Shown here: in pieces, positions 11,021 to 23,013 of the stretch
How positions within the stretch are numbered: position 1 is the first letter of the stretch
Layout of the letters: every line of letters begins with the position of its first letter
Origin: Fistulifera solaris
Lineage: Eukaryota
Direction of reading: 5' to 3'
NCBI GenBank assembly: GCA_030295235.1
Contig: AP026172.1
Location: 62,001-126,000 of the forward strand
Length of the DNA stretch: 64,000 nt
Made by a program: the position numbers and the translations under genes
Notes under the pieces: generated by a model
What the model saw: the letters and a program-made list of their open reading frames with translations, nothing else
Told to the model about the DNA's origin: nothing
Database searches by the model: none

Positions 11021-11777
11021 GTATGAATATATTCCTTGTTTGAGCTTTGCTAGGTTGATATTAAGTTAAAGCGGACAAAATCAAATAAAATACTGATTTT
11101 AGTGTTGACAATATTTTGCCTTGGAAAGCTCGTATCACTTGTCATTGACGACAAATAATGGGCGCAATCTGCTTTAAAATGTACTCCGGAGTAGCCAAAC
11201 GATTTAGGAACGGATCCAGTGATGAGTCGATAACGACGTGATGCGTTTCTCCATCATCTTTTTCTGTACTGGTTAACCATTTCTCGTTTTGTCGAGCGCT
11301 CTTGCGGCGAAGCCTTTGCGACGCTGCCACCCACTCATTGATTCAGGGAAGGTTAGCAATCGAGTAACGAAAGGAGAAACCTGGACTTCAAACTTCAAAG
11401 CCATTTCGGCTTTCGTAACACATAATGTCGGCTTGATATAACCACGACTGCATTTCAGTCACGTTATTAAAGGGAAGACTTATTTTGTTCGGCTTTCGGG
11501 TCTTTGTCGTAAGCTTCGTCTGAAGACCCTCGTAATTTCTTACAGACTACTTTGTACGACAGAGTGTTCTCTCTCCAGAGAAACGTGTTCCACGTTCCTC
11601 TCTGAAACTCGGAGTACAAAAATCTAGTGAAATAATGAATCGTGCGGTCCGCACGTTTCGCATACCGCTCTCCCTCCATTCGAGCTACAAAGTAAATTCC
11701 ATCCACAATCACTTTTCATCTCGAACATTCTCGCTCGACTCCATCGAATAACGTCAATCTCCATTTTTTATTATATC

Positions 11778-12410
11778 ATGGAGGACGCCTTGTCCAGCAC
11801 ATTTTTTCTCCCTTCGTTTGCCCCTCCAACGATCGGCACACCTCACATGCTTCTTTTGTGGATAGCGTGGGGATCCCTAATTGTTTCCTGGGTAGTTGCA
11901 TGCCTACGCGAGCCTCACTCGAAGCTTGACGAAAGATACACCGAGATCGAAAATAGGCTGATGACACATCGTGCTACCTCGCCATCTGTATGCCAAAACC
12001 AGCGACACAGTAATGAATTTCAAGAATGCACAATTTGTCAATCCGTTATCCAAGACAATGATCTTGTCAGCTGGTTGCCAAGGTGTTGTCACGTATATCA
12101 CCACATGTGCATAAAGCGCTGGTTGCTCCAACATTCCCATTGCCCTACGTGTCGGCAATCTTTTGACGAGTGCGAAGTGGCGTTGTCTTCCTTCGCCAGT
12201 GCGCATTACTTCTGTATAAATGATGGTTTGCGGCAAGTATCGCATGATATGGAAGTCGGCCGTACTTATCACATCCCAGCCGATGAATCCAAGCAATATC
12301 GGGAATATTCCATTGTTTTATCGGATAAAGATATGGATCACGAGGATCCCTGGGATAGTGCCGAACTATTACAATCATACGGGAGGCACATGCGTCTGCC
12401 GTCTGTATGA
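11778..12410 (+). CDS. TM-anchored RING-H2 E3 ligase (ATL-like)
   Basis: N-terminal TM; CTIC-x15-C-x-HVYHHMCIKRWL...CPTCR. Confidence 0.85.
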   Translation: MEDALSSTFFLPSFAPPTIGTPHMLLLWIAWGSLIVSWVVACLREPHSKLDERYTEIENRLMTHRATSPSVCQNQRHSNEFQECTICQSVIQDNDLVSWLPRCCHVYHHMCIKRWLLQHSHCPTCRQSFDECEVALSSFASAHYFCINDGLRQVSHDMEVGRTYHIPADESKQYREYSIVLSDKDMDHEDPWDSAELLQSYGRHMRLPSV

Positions 12411-12875
12411 AGAAGGGCTTGATGCTTGCAGTGCTTTCATATTCATAAGGATAGAGAATATTTTACAATTTGTCTTAGGTGGTCGCTTTAGATGTGAACA
12501 AAGGTAAAATGCGCCCAAGACTCGAGCTATTTTCGACGTCAGTCGAGTCCATTTTTCAAAACAGAAATGTTGCACCAAAGGACATCATACATGCTTCTCT
12601 CTTGGGTTCTCTGTCACATCGGTTTACTAAAACGAAAACAAAGAACAGAAAGAATTATTCGTTACTCCGGTACATTACAAAGTAGTCACACCCGGTTTTC
12701 ATAACCTGGTACGCGAAATGACAACACGGTTGTTGCGACTTGAGACTCTTTCGTGTCGCGAGATTTCGCAGCGCAGCTTGTGAAACGAAAATCGGAAGTG
12801 CATGCCATTCAAGCAGCTTTAGCATTACAGGTCGACATCGAAGACAGCAACGAAAAGGAAACGTCTCATTCAAAC

Positions 12876-13360
12876 ATGGACAATGTTGCCACCTCTCGTC
12901 CAAGTAACTCTACCGACTCGACAACAAGCGACGACAGTGAAGCAGCGTTGTTCTTCTTTTTGGCTTGATCGTTATTTGGACGTCCATCATCATATTGTCG
13001 TTTTGCGCTGCCCGATGCGGCTACTTGCAATCAACCCAGGAAAGTGAACAAGACTGTCAGGCAATCGACGATCAGATCATTACCAAGCGAGCCGTCTCTT
13101 TGGCGTTCACACCCGAAGATGTGGAGGCAGGATGTGAAGCCATCAAAGATACCCCAGAATGTTCCATTTGTATAAATCCGTTTCAAGAACATGACATTGT
13201 CAGTTGGTCAAAGAATCAAGACTGTCGCCATGTCTTTCATCATCTTTGCATAATACCGTGGTTGACAAAAGATCCGCAATGTCCTTGTTGCCGTCAACCT
13301 TTCCTGGCATTTCCTCGAATCGAGCCTCTACTACCTTTTTCTCAATACAGTTGGGATTGA
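12876..13360 (+). CDS. TM-anchored RING-H2 E3 ligase, tandem paralog (T-run frameshift at ~12960)
   Basis: CSIC...CRHVFHHLCIIPWL...CPCCR; adding one T joins MDNVATS... to the TM FFFFGLIVIWTSIIIL. Confidence 0.8.
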
Positions 13361-13766
13361 TTGATACAAATAAGGCCACACCAGAGCAAAAAGATGGCTA
13401 TAAAAAGTTTCTCGAATCAAGTGAGCTAATAAGATACGAGCCTAACACTCGACTGGGTAAGCCCGCCAAAATGATCGGAGAATGAGCATTGTCGGTACAA
13501 GTTCATACTGTTCATGACAGACTCCTCAAATGAGTTAAACTCTATCTAATGAGTATTACTGAGAGTGCTCTTCCTTCACGCGACATTCAAAATGTCCAGC
13601 AATCCCTCGTCCTAACAAGAATTTGGCGGTTCGCTACATTCGGTATTTTGGTGAAGGTCTTTCGTTTGCACGATCATATTCTTTTAGAGAATGCTCGAGT
13701 ATATGCATGTTTTACGATACTATTAGAACTATTAACCTATTCCAACGCAATATTTTACCGCTTGAC

Positions 13767-14225
13767 CTAGGTCATTTCGTCGTCAACAATACGTGTGTAT
13801 TCATTGTCTTGTATTTGTTTCGTCCCTTCGGTCATTTCCTCCTTGATTATTGTCATCATTGCAAAAACCGTCCCAGCAAGAGTGAACAAGGCCACCCCAG
13901 TCATGATAACCATGAATGCGTTGTCTTGAGAAAAAGGCAGTTTTGTGAGAGCTATCGTATTGCAGCCGAGAGATGCCGTGAGGAAGCAGGAGTGTCGCTT
14001 GTGCGGGTCATTTGCCGACGCTTTGAACCATTCCATGGCATTGAGTATGAAGAATATTATAGAAATGAGTAGTATTATTGAAAAGCAAAAGCATTGGGTA
14101 TGAGCGAGCGAAGTATCTTCGTTCAGACACTGGCAATTCGTCGCCAAACATAGGACGAGAATCAGTGCGCACACCGTAAAGCCGGCTTTACGATACCTTG
14201 CCTTGATATTCTTTGCATCAGCCAT
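13767..14225 (-). CDS. Small multi-pass membrane protein, unknown function
   Basis: ORF from MADAKNIK with 3-4 hydrophobic segments. Confidence 0.5.
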   Translation of the reverse strand: MADAKNIKARYRKAGFTVCALILVLCLATNCQCLNEDTSLAHTQCFCFSIILLISIIFFILNAMEWFKASANDPHKRHSCFLTASLGCNTIALTKLPFSQDNAFMVIMTGVALFTLAGTVFAMMTIIKEEMTEGTKQIQDNEYTRIVDDEMT

Positions 14226-16125
14226 TGCTTCACTTGTTTTACAAAAATGAAAATGGATGAAAATGCGTCCGAAAGGTTTTAGAGCTGTTCTTGTCTTTGA
14301 CACTCGGGTGCTGGTTGCGTCGTTGACATCCACCTAAATTCAGTGTCTTTCGTCTTTCACGAGTACTTTGTTCTTCACGTTCTTTTCAAAATAACAGGTC
14401 ATTGAGGTCGATACGTCTGATAGCTAGCAGTAGTAGCCACAAGCTGACAATTGACAGGTACCCTTGAAACTTTCAAGACACGTAAGCACGTAAGGTAAGA
14501 AATTACTTTCTTACAAAGTACTTAGAGGTTAGAGACGCGTAGTGACTAGTGACGTAGTGACTATTGACATGCTCATGTGGGCGTGCACCATTGACCATAG
14601 GGATCTAAAATAATAAACTAAATACTGATATTTATTCCTAATTCCTAATTTCCTCAAGTCAGAATGCAAATTTGACGTTCATTTGCATTTTGTGACCATT
14701 GATGTTTAGTGTTTAGTACTCGGAGTATTAATTTTTAGCAATTGATTATTACCGTATACTGTCCTACGTAATTTGCGACGCCTTTTTTTCTTTGTGCCTT
14801 TTTGCTTTTGTGCCTCTTTCGCCCTTTCCCCCCTTTTGCTTTGTTTCCATAATACCAAATGAGGAGGAGGAATCATCATTGTCAGGAATTCATTCACTTC
14901 CATAGATTGATGAGTAAAGCATTACGAAAAGGATCAGCAGACCTTCAGTATTTTACGTGAGGCTTCGAGCAAAGTCGGAAGTGCAAACGAAGCAATCGAG
15001 CGTATCTTCCATTTCGAGATTGCATGAGGCACATCAGCTGCCTTCGTTCGACATGTCAACAGCCTCAAAATAAAGAATTTCCTTCGGTAGTGATCCAATC
15101 GGTAGAGTCGTTCTGAGTGTCTGTTAAATGTTTGGTTGGAAAGGTCACGCGAGGTAAGCGTCTAACTGAATATATTCCAGTGCTATGTCTTTCAAAATAG
15201 ATCAAATCAACAAGACATTGAACGTTATTTGAAGCACTCGCAATCTACAAGTAAATAGACTGTATAGTTCAGATTGGAAAACGAGAATTTGAGTAAATCA
15301 TTGGTGACGACTATTGCGACTGAGCGCATCTTTGTCTGCTCCCAATTCGGCAATTAGCCAGCGTACTCCGTGCTTTACTTGGAAGCCGCGCAGTCAAATC
15401 AATGAAATTCTACTATTTGGTGTCGTTAGTAGCGTGCCGAAAGTTCTCTCCGTTGCACCAGTTTCCAGTTTATTGAGGTTGACATTTTTAAGAGGCTAGT
15501 CTTCGTCGACACGTAACTTTTGCTAAGACCAGCTTAAACTTCCTCACAACAATCAACCGTTCGTCCAAGGCCAAAAACGAGACTGCAAAGAGATACCCGC
15601 GAAGCAACTGTCACCACAAGATTCGTAAGGAAGCAAGAAGCAAGGGCTAGAGGTTTACGTTTGACTCTCAATCTGGGATAAGTTCCTTTGCTTTGATGGG
15701 AACATTGTATGAAGAAAGCGCGACATGGCGAAATATTCAGAGTTCTTGCTCCGTCTTCGAGAACGATGATTCGATGAAGATGCACGTTTATAAAAGAGCA
15801 TCAAGCACTTCGCAATCTGCAAATCAACTTATCTATTTTGTTGTGGAAACAAGGGAAGAGTAAGCTTTTGTAATTAAAAGTACATACATTCCGTAACTAG
15901 ATTTACATCATTTTTTCTCGCGGATATACAAGCCGATCACTCTGTTAGATTCGGTTGATGTTATGTAAACAAGCACTGCGGCATAGGGTGAGACAGATCC
16001 TCGTATGAATCTCTCTCTCCTGCAATCTGTGTTTCTCAATCGCCGTGTTTCTTGCAAAAGAAACTGGTAAGGCTTCCTCTTCTTTCTTAAAAGAAGCTGT
16101 CGTCAAAACCAGCCTTTATTATCCC

Positions 16126-16381
16126 TCACAAAGAAGATTCTTCCAAAAGAAGATGATGCTTTCCAAAGACTTGATCACAGTGATAGTAATCGGGAGGTGT
16201 TCGATTTGTAGTTCTGACTTTAGAGTTGTAGTACATGGTTGGATTGGGCGTCCTGGGCCCTTCGCCCATCACATTCGAAGCTACGATGGCCACAGGATCG
16301 AAGGAGACGCGATGTTTATCGGCTCGCATGCTGAGTGGAAGGTCGTTTGTATGAGCCGTCATGTTGCTCATGTTGCTCATT
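16126..16381 (-). CDS. Possible first exon of an RVxF-motif hypothetical protein
   Basis: MSNMSNMT...KHRVSF...MYYNSK, followed by a possible GT donor; downstream exons not resolved. Confidence 0.3.
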
Positions 16382-17124
16382 GGTTTGCGTTCGGAAACCG
16401 GATTGTATCGTAGGGAAAATGAGCTCGACTGATGTACTTGCGGAAACTGAAGGATCGTGCCGAACACGAAGTCAAAGTGGGAAGACAGGAACAAACGTAT
16501 TCTCATCTACCTCGAAAAGGAGGAAGAGAAAACAGAACGCACATGCGACGGTTTGCGTCATTTTTCTGTGCATGCGCTTTTCTCTTTTTCTGCTTGTAGT
16601 TGTTTTGTGTTTTGCCATACGCACGCTTTCGTCACAGTAATAAATGCAGAATCCTTTCCGTAGATAATACAGTTTCAGAGAGTGTGAATCTCACCTTGTA
16701 CGATTTAGTGTATACAGTAGTTCGCTGATTCCGATGATTACTACTGACGTCTCTTTTGTGTGTCAGTTAACAAGTACGGCATAAGACCGCGTCGATGCAT
16801 CGTCGATCGTCGTTCTTCGTTGGACGTTGGAAACATCGCATTCGTGATGAACTCCGAACGCTTTTCGCTTTTCACGTTTCACGCGCGTCGCGCGATCCCT
16901 TAGTACCGGACTGTTTTAGATGCATGTCGTATAAGACAAGACATTCTGACTCTCCGAATTTAATGAGGCCGTCAGAATTCACACAGCGCTTATAAAATGT
17001 CACAAAATCGCATCGCAGCATCGCAACGCGACAACTTTGTTTTAGACGTCGTCTGACTTGACGCTCCAGTTCGTCACAAAAGTATGCAAAAGGAGCGCTT
17101 TGTTGCATTTCATGATACGAATCA

Positions 17125-18407
17125 ATGACAGGAGCGACCGACTACGAAACGGAACTCTCTCTTTTGCTGCAACGACGACAGCCGCGAACGTCGTTCACGG
17201 AAGAGTCACTCGCGAGCAATACAGAGACGACAATTAACTTAATCAAAACATGTATGGGTACAGGATGTCTCGCGTTACCTTTCGCCTGTCAACAAGGCGG
17301 TATTGTACTCTTTCTCATCGGACTATTCGTAGTGGGAGCCTGGAATGTTTATTCCGTCCACCGTTTAGTACAATGCCTCTCCTATTTGCCCAAATCAAGG
17401 CAGTCGTCGGATATTACAAGCAATACTACACGCACCAACTCCGCACAGGAATCACAATTACCACCAGAGGGCATCGCACTCATGAGTCAAGTTGCTTGGA
17501 TCGCATTCGGGTCGCTGGGAGTACAAGTACTCGATGGACTCATGATGATATTGTTCTTTGGAGTGATTACGGCTTATTATTGTGCCGTTCTAACGTTTCT
17601 GGGTGATACTCCGTTCTCGCTGGGAAGAATAGGTGATGGTTTTTTGACATTGATCATCCTCACCGTTTTATCGCTTGTACCGCACGTTGGAGCACTAAAA
17701 TATGCCAGTGCTTTTGGAATGATCGCACTCTTTCTGACCTTTGGTGTCATTTTCTTCTACGGACTTTCTGGTCACAACGAGAAAGGCACGACCTTGAATA
17801 TGTGGCCTTCCTCCATCGATGGGCTGAGTCAATGGTTCGGTGTGATTGTCTTTGGATTTGGAATTGTTCCGATGACGTACAACTACCGATCCTCGATGCA
17901 AAGGCCACAAGACATCGTGCAAGTTACAGTTCATGCCATGTTTGGGACAGCTTGCTCATATGTGTTCATTGGATGGGGTTTATATGCACTATTTCCTTCC
18001 TTACAAGGCGATGCGCTCAGCGAATTACCTCGACACGGAGTCTTTCCCATAGCCACCCGTTTGGCCATGGTCACAGTGGTCTTAATGACAGCACCCTTTT
18101 GATTGTGCCATGTGCGGAGTTATTGGAAGGCAAGTGGCAGCATGTAGGACGCTTGTGCACTCGATTGACAATCTGCGGCATTTCGTGCACGCTGGCTATC
18201 CTCTTTCCGCATTTCGTGCAGGCTTTATCACTTGTGGGGTCAACGTGTGTTGCTGCCGTTAGCTTTTGCGTGCCCGCGTTACTACACTGGCAATTGACAA
18301 GGGAATATTCGGAACAGGAGTATAGGCATCTAGCCAAAGTTGATATGCTCATGTTTATGCTGGGAATTGTATTGACTATGATTAGCACCTACGTTCTGCT
18401 TACATGA
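17125..18407 (+). CDS. Amino-acid transporter (AAAP/Aa_trans, SLC36/38-like); frameshift at ~18095
   Basis: INLIKTCMGTGCLALPFAC..GG, about 11 TM segments, LSLVGSTC...SFCVPAL. Confidence 0.9.
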
Positions 18408-19141
18408 AGATTGAACGTCGAGCGGCGGTGAGAAGGATATACCACTTTGGCGAAACGACTCTGTTGATTCAATCTATTCGCTGGTCGGGGGCTTAGCCTA
18501 CAGTCGTGAATACAACCATAAATTGGTAGAGCTTCGAGCCAGAAATATCATCCGTCAAAGTGCAAGTCTGACAAGATGCAGGAACATTCAAGGAATTTCG
18601 AGCACACCAAAAGCCTAAACAGACACACTGGCAATCGTATAATGATAATTGGCTGCAAACAAGCTCGAGTCGGTCTCTAGTCACATACTAAGTAATATCT
18701 GGTAGGTTTAATAGCTAAATGAGCTCTAGCTAGGTTGGTTGCTGCCTTACGTTGATGACCAATGGATGACCTCGAAGAAGACCGAGAAGAAATATTTTTT
18801 ATCGGATTGGACTTAACGCAAAGGCGAAAAGATCTGTTCCTTATACTCAATAGAAGATAGTACACCTATCATCGGCACTCGACAAGTAACACGTAGGTAG
18901 CGGCTGTACATTAGATAGAAGGTTTTGAGCACTGTTGAAAAGACAGCATAAACTCCGCCTATTTTTTATGTGATAATGATGCTGATTATTATGTGTTCAT
19001 CCGCCCCGACCACACAAGGAAGAAAGATGAAACATGATACACGAAACATAAACGACCGAGCTCCGTTTGATGATAACAGCAACACAAAGGTGACATTAAA
19101 AACAGATTTGCATTTTAGACAAGAGAAGAGACCGCGATACG

Positions 19142-20406
19142 ATGAGCAGAGAAAACAAGGACAAACCGTCGAGTCTTTGTAAACGATTCATCTCCAGCAA
19201 TGCGGCCTTTATCATTGTTATCATACAGATTCTCATTTTATGCCGCTCGAACAAATGCATCTTTGATACAGTACAAGAGGAAAAAGACTTCTCGTTTCCG
19301 TTGCAACTTTCAAACGAGCACGAGCGTAACGAGTCTTCGTCTAGCCTGCTTTCATCCGACGGTCATTTCAGTTCCTCTGTTGACGATTATACAAGAAGGA
19401 AAAGTCGAGTGTTGATGGGGTTACTAGCCGCGAAATCACCAGACTTGAACGATTATGCGAGAGTGCACCGCGAACTATTTGCGCTGCACCCGAACGTGTG
19501 CTCTCTGCGGCACTTTCAAGAGACACGATCATATGCTTGTCAATTACTCTATACTTTCGTATTTGGGGCTAACGAGGACGGTCCTACGGAAATTGTAAAC
19601 GACACACTGCCTGTTCTCGCTAACAACTCAGTCCCCATATTGGATGGGAATGACGTAATTCATCTTAATATTCGGTGAGTTGCTTCACAAACTCGCAGCG
19701 TGCTTTGGTTGGGTGTCGCATCGACTCTCCATAAGAATTATTCGATCGCATTTTTCACTTCTTTCTCATGCGTGCTACTACTTTCGTTTGCAGAGAGAAC
19801 ATGAATGAAGGGAAAAGTCAAACGTGGTTCTACTATGCGAGTACAGTTGCGGATGATTTGGGCGTCGACTACGTTGGCAAGATTGATCTTGATACAATGT
19901 TGTATTTGGACAAATTTTTCGGCTTCAAGGAAATACATCTGCCCCCAGCGCCATACAACAATCACATTCTGGTGGGTCAATTAGTCGACAAAGATATGTG
20001 GAATATCAACTTGTATGGCAAACGGTTTCCGGGTATGTTTTGGCCAAAAGAAAAACTTGTCCTTGACCACTTGCAGCCTCCCTATCATATGTACGCGCAA
20101 GGCGGTTGTTACATCATGAGCACGGATTTGGTGAAGGGCCTCGTTCGCGTTGCGAATACTGTGCCTAAGGAGAACTATTTCGAGCAACACGAAGATCATG
20201 ATGTCTCGACGTTGGCTTTCATTAGCACGGTGATGAAGGAAGATCCGAATTATGCTGCAACTATGAGTTTGAAACAGATGACGACTCTTAGTTTATTTTG
20301 GAAGCATCCTTTGAAGAGGGATCATATAAGGTGGAACCGGATTTGGACTAATGAATTCAGACGCATGGGCAAAATTGTGAACAATATTGCATCAAAGGCA
20401 TCTTGA
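19142..20406 (+). CDS. GT31-like (galactosyltransferase-type) glycosyltransferase; intron 19675-19793
   Basis: Type II signal anchor; LNIR/ENMNEGKS, DYVGKIDLD (DxD), YAQGGCYIMS and HEDHDV motifs; the splice is in frame. Confidence 0.8.
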
Positions 20407-20580
20407 GTATTTGAGTGACTTTTGCGTCATTTGAAGGAACAACAGGCCGCACTGTATCCAATACTATAAGTCTCCGATCTGTTGTCGCCAATAATGCATT
20501 ACGCTGGTTTGATGCCACAATCGTCACCGCACAAAGACAAACACCACTATTTTGGTAGTTCGTCAAACATTAGATAACCA

Positions 20581-22065
20581 CTATAAGTTGTATTTATGAA
20601 TGAATCCGGCAGCGACCTGAACCGCCTCCTCTATAGTTTGTGCTCGAGCCCACATTGCGGTTTCTCCGTCTTTACATCCGTCCCAGCTATCAAAGGCGAC
20701 TTCCAGAGTACTTGTAATCTTAGCTGTAGCTTGGTCTATATAGACGAAAGGAATACCTGACAAGTAAGAAAGAATTGAAGCATGTAAACGGTCGCAGATC
20801 ACAACCTTCCCCAATGAAAGCATCTGTATCGCAGACTCTGTAAATAAAAAGTCATCCGAAGGCCACAATGCAAAGCGAGTGTTCCAATCGACGACACCAA
20901 ATCTTAAATCATTCCCGCCTTCCAAGTCATTCAACATCGTTCGGAGATCGTCGTGCGAGGAGGATATTATTGACTCTTTGTCGGACCGCAGAAAGAAGAC
21001 AATATCCAGCTGCAAATCTTCTTTTTGCTGGGTTATCCTTTGTGCGTAAGGACCTAGATGAAACGCTATGTCCGGCACGAGTAGATTAGTAGCAAATGGG
21101 TATTCTTCCGTCGCCTTTTCAAAACTCTTTCGTTCACGCCACGAGAAGACTACTCGAGCTGCAGACTCCTGTTTGGCAACCTCAGACTCCAAATTAGCAT
21201 GACCCAAGCCGGCAGCAATGCCGTTTCGAATGCGTTCTGTATCTCCTTGACGCACTTTGTCCGAGTCGTAATGAAAACTGGATGGCATGGCAACGACGGT
21301 AAAATTGTTGCGCATCAGAGGCTCAAAACTAGCCACGCGTTGCCGATGGGTGTGATACCACAAGTCGCCGAAATTGCCACCACCTTGCCATATGGCAAAT
21401 GTACTTCCACTATTGTATTGTTTCAAATAATCTCGGCATTTGATTTTCGCGAAAGGCCCAGACTGAGCGTATCCACAAGTTTCCACGGATGCATCTTCGT
21501 ACCCTACATCTTTGAGGAAGTTTAGTTCACCCTTGTAAATCATACTGTCCCCAACATTTGGATGGTAGGCGGGATCCACAATCAACAGGGGCCTTTGATG
21601 TTCGGCAAATGCCTGAATGTAAGGATCTAGCTGTTGATGTGCTCTTTCTCGAATTTTGACGATACACTCATGCCGTTTCCGGATGCCTGGATCGTCTGTG
21701 TCAAACAATGCAATTGCTTTGGGAGCAATGCTGTCCTCCGGGTCGATTCCTTTCGGAGTTGTGAAATTTAAGAGAAGTGCTGCTATGTCAACCTGTGAAT
21801 AGGGACTATGTTTTTCGACGGGAAGAGTTGATTCCAACGCCATATTTTGCTGCTGTTTCTCTTCCGCCTCCGCCTCCTCCTCCTGTTGCTGTTCTTGCGA
21901 AAGGAGTACCGAGGGTTCGTTCATGCCTTCTCTATTTATGACCCCGAGATCACCATCGATCATGATCGAGTAACGTAAATTGAAGAGCGTGACAAAACCA
22001 ATAAGAGTCGCTACTATCATAACGAGCTGCGGCCGCTTCACCTCATTGTTGTCTGGTCGTACCAT
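20581..22065 (-). CDS. Polysaccharide pyruvyl transferase family protein (Pvg1-like), type II membrane
   Basis: HPNVGDSMI, QGGGNFGDLW, WRERKS, VPDIAF and DRLHASILS motifs; N-terminal TM anchor. Confidence 0.9.
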   Translation of the reverse strand: MVRPDNNEVKRPQLVMIVATLIGFVTLFNLRYSIMIDGDLGVINREGMNEPSVLLSQEQQQEEEAEAEEKQQQNMALESTLPVEKHSPYSQVDIAALLLNFTTPKGIDPEDSIAPKAIALFDTDDPGIRKRHECIVKIRERAHQQLDPYIQAFAEHQRPLLIVDPAYHPNVGDSMIYKGELNFLKDVGYEDASVETCGYAQSGPFAKIKCRDYLKQYNSGSTFAIWQGGGNFGDLWYHTHRQRVASFEPLMRNNFTVVAMPSSFHYDSDKVRQGDTERIRNGIAAGLGHANLESEVAKQESAARVVFSWRERKSFEKATEEYPFATNLLVPDIAFHLGPYAQRITQQKEDLQLDIVFFLRSDKESIISSSHDDLRTMLNDLEGGNDLRFGVVDWNTRFALWPSDDFLFTESAIQMLSLGKVVICDRLHASILSYLSGIPFVYIDQATAKITSTLEVAFDSWDGCKDGETAMWARAQTIEEAVQVAAGFIHKYNL

Positions 22066-22327
22066 AATCCTCTAATTGAACAATGAATTTTAATCGATTG
22101 TGTTTTGTATAAATAGTCTAGGGGCTGCGTCTTTTTCCATCACAATAACTTTTCTCAAAGAGCGAAGATAAATGTTCCTCTGAGCGATTATCCAATGAAT
22201 AACCGCAATAACAAGATCAACTTCGAATACAAAGCCAATCGGTAACTCAACACATCTTATAATATTCTTACTCTTTTCTGGGAAGAACGTTAAAATTCGG
22301 CAACCACTCCATGCTGGTGGACCTTTT

Positions 22328-22502
22328 CACACCCCCATTTTTTCTGGGCATGTGAAAACACCACACTCCCATACGTTCTGGGTACGTAAAAACACCACAC
22401 TCCCATACGTTCTGGGTACGTAAAAACACCACATTCCCATATTTTCTGGGTACGTAAAAACACCACATTCCCATATTTTCTGGGTACGTGAAAACACCAC
22501 TC
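22328..22502. repeat. 34-bp minisatellite, ~5 copies, followed by (TGACTGA)3
   Basis: CTGGG anchor recurs at 22344, 22378, 22412, 22446 and 22480; unit is approximately CACACTCCCATACGTTCTGGGTACGTAAAAACAC. Confidence 0.95.
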
Positions 22503-23013
22503 TTTCACATGACTGATGACTGATGACTGACAAAGTCTCGTTCGAAGTTCATTTTGCGGGACTTCAATTCTGTTGAGTCAATTAACGTTAACGATAATCT
22601 AATACGAAACAAGCACTCGCTAATAAGTAGCAAAGGTCATGTTTCTTGCCCTCACCATACAAAGTATTATCAAAACAACCATAAGTGTTTAGCCTATATT
22701 ATACGAAATATCTTTCTTAGTGCCGATATCAAGCTACGTCGAAGCGACGGCAGTGCATTTTGCGGATTAATCTTTTTAATCTGTGATATCGCCAACAATA
22801 TCAGCTCGACGAAATTATCTCTTTCTTTTACTCCGTATCTGAGTATTCACTGTAAAAAAGCTGTGTCTTGTTTCCGTTGTCGCATTCGACGAACCTTTTA
22901 AGAATGCTCATAGGGAGGGTTCTTTGAATCGGGATGTTGACGAGGGGCAAGCTATAAACTCTTAGTTCGTCTCGTATGCACAACTCATTCAAGAACCAGC
23001 AAAAATGGTTTCT

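Noticed and set aside
14400..16000. Gene or ncRNA in the long intergenic stretch (short hairpin at ~14663-14689, Lys-rich ORF 14706-14903)
   Set aside because: No coherent gene model or RNA family could be supported.
22328..22502. CRISPR array
   Set aside because: Units are head-to-tail with no unique spacers, there are no cas genes, and the context is eukaryotic.
22268..22533. Repetitive short ORFs in three frames
   Set aside because: They are translation by-products of the 34-bp minisatellite.
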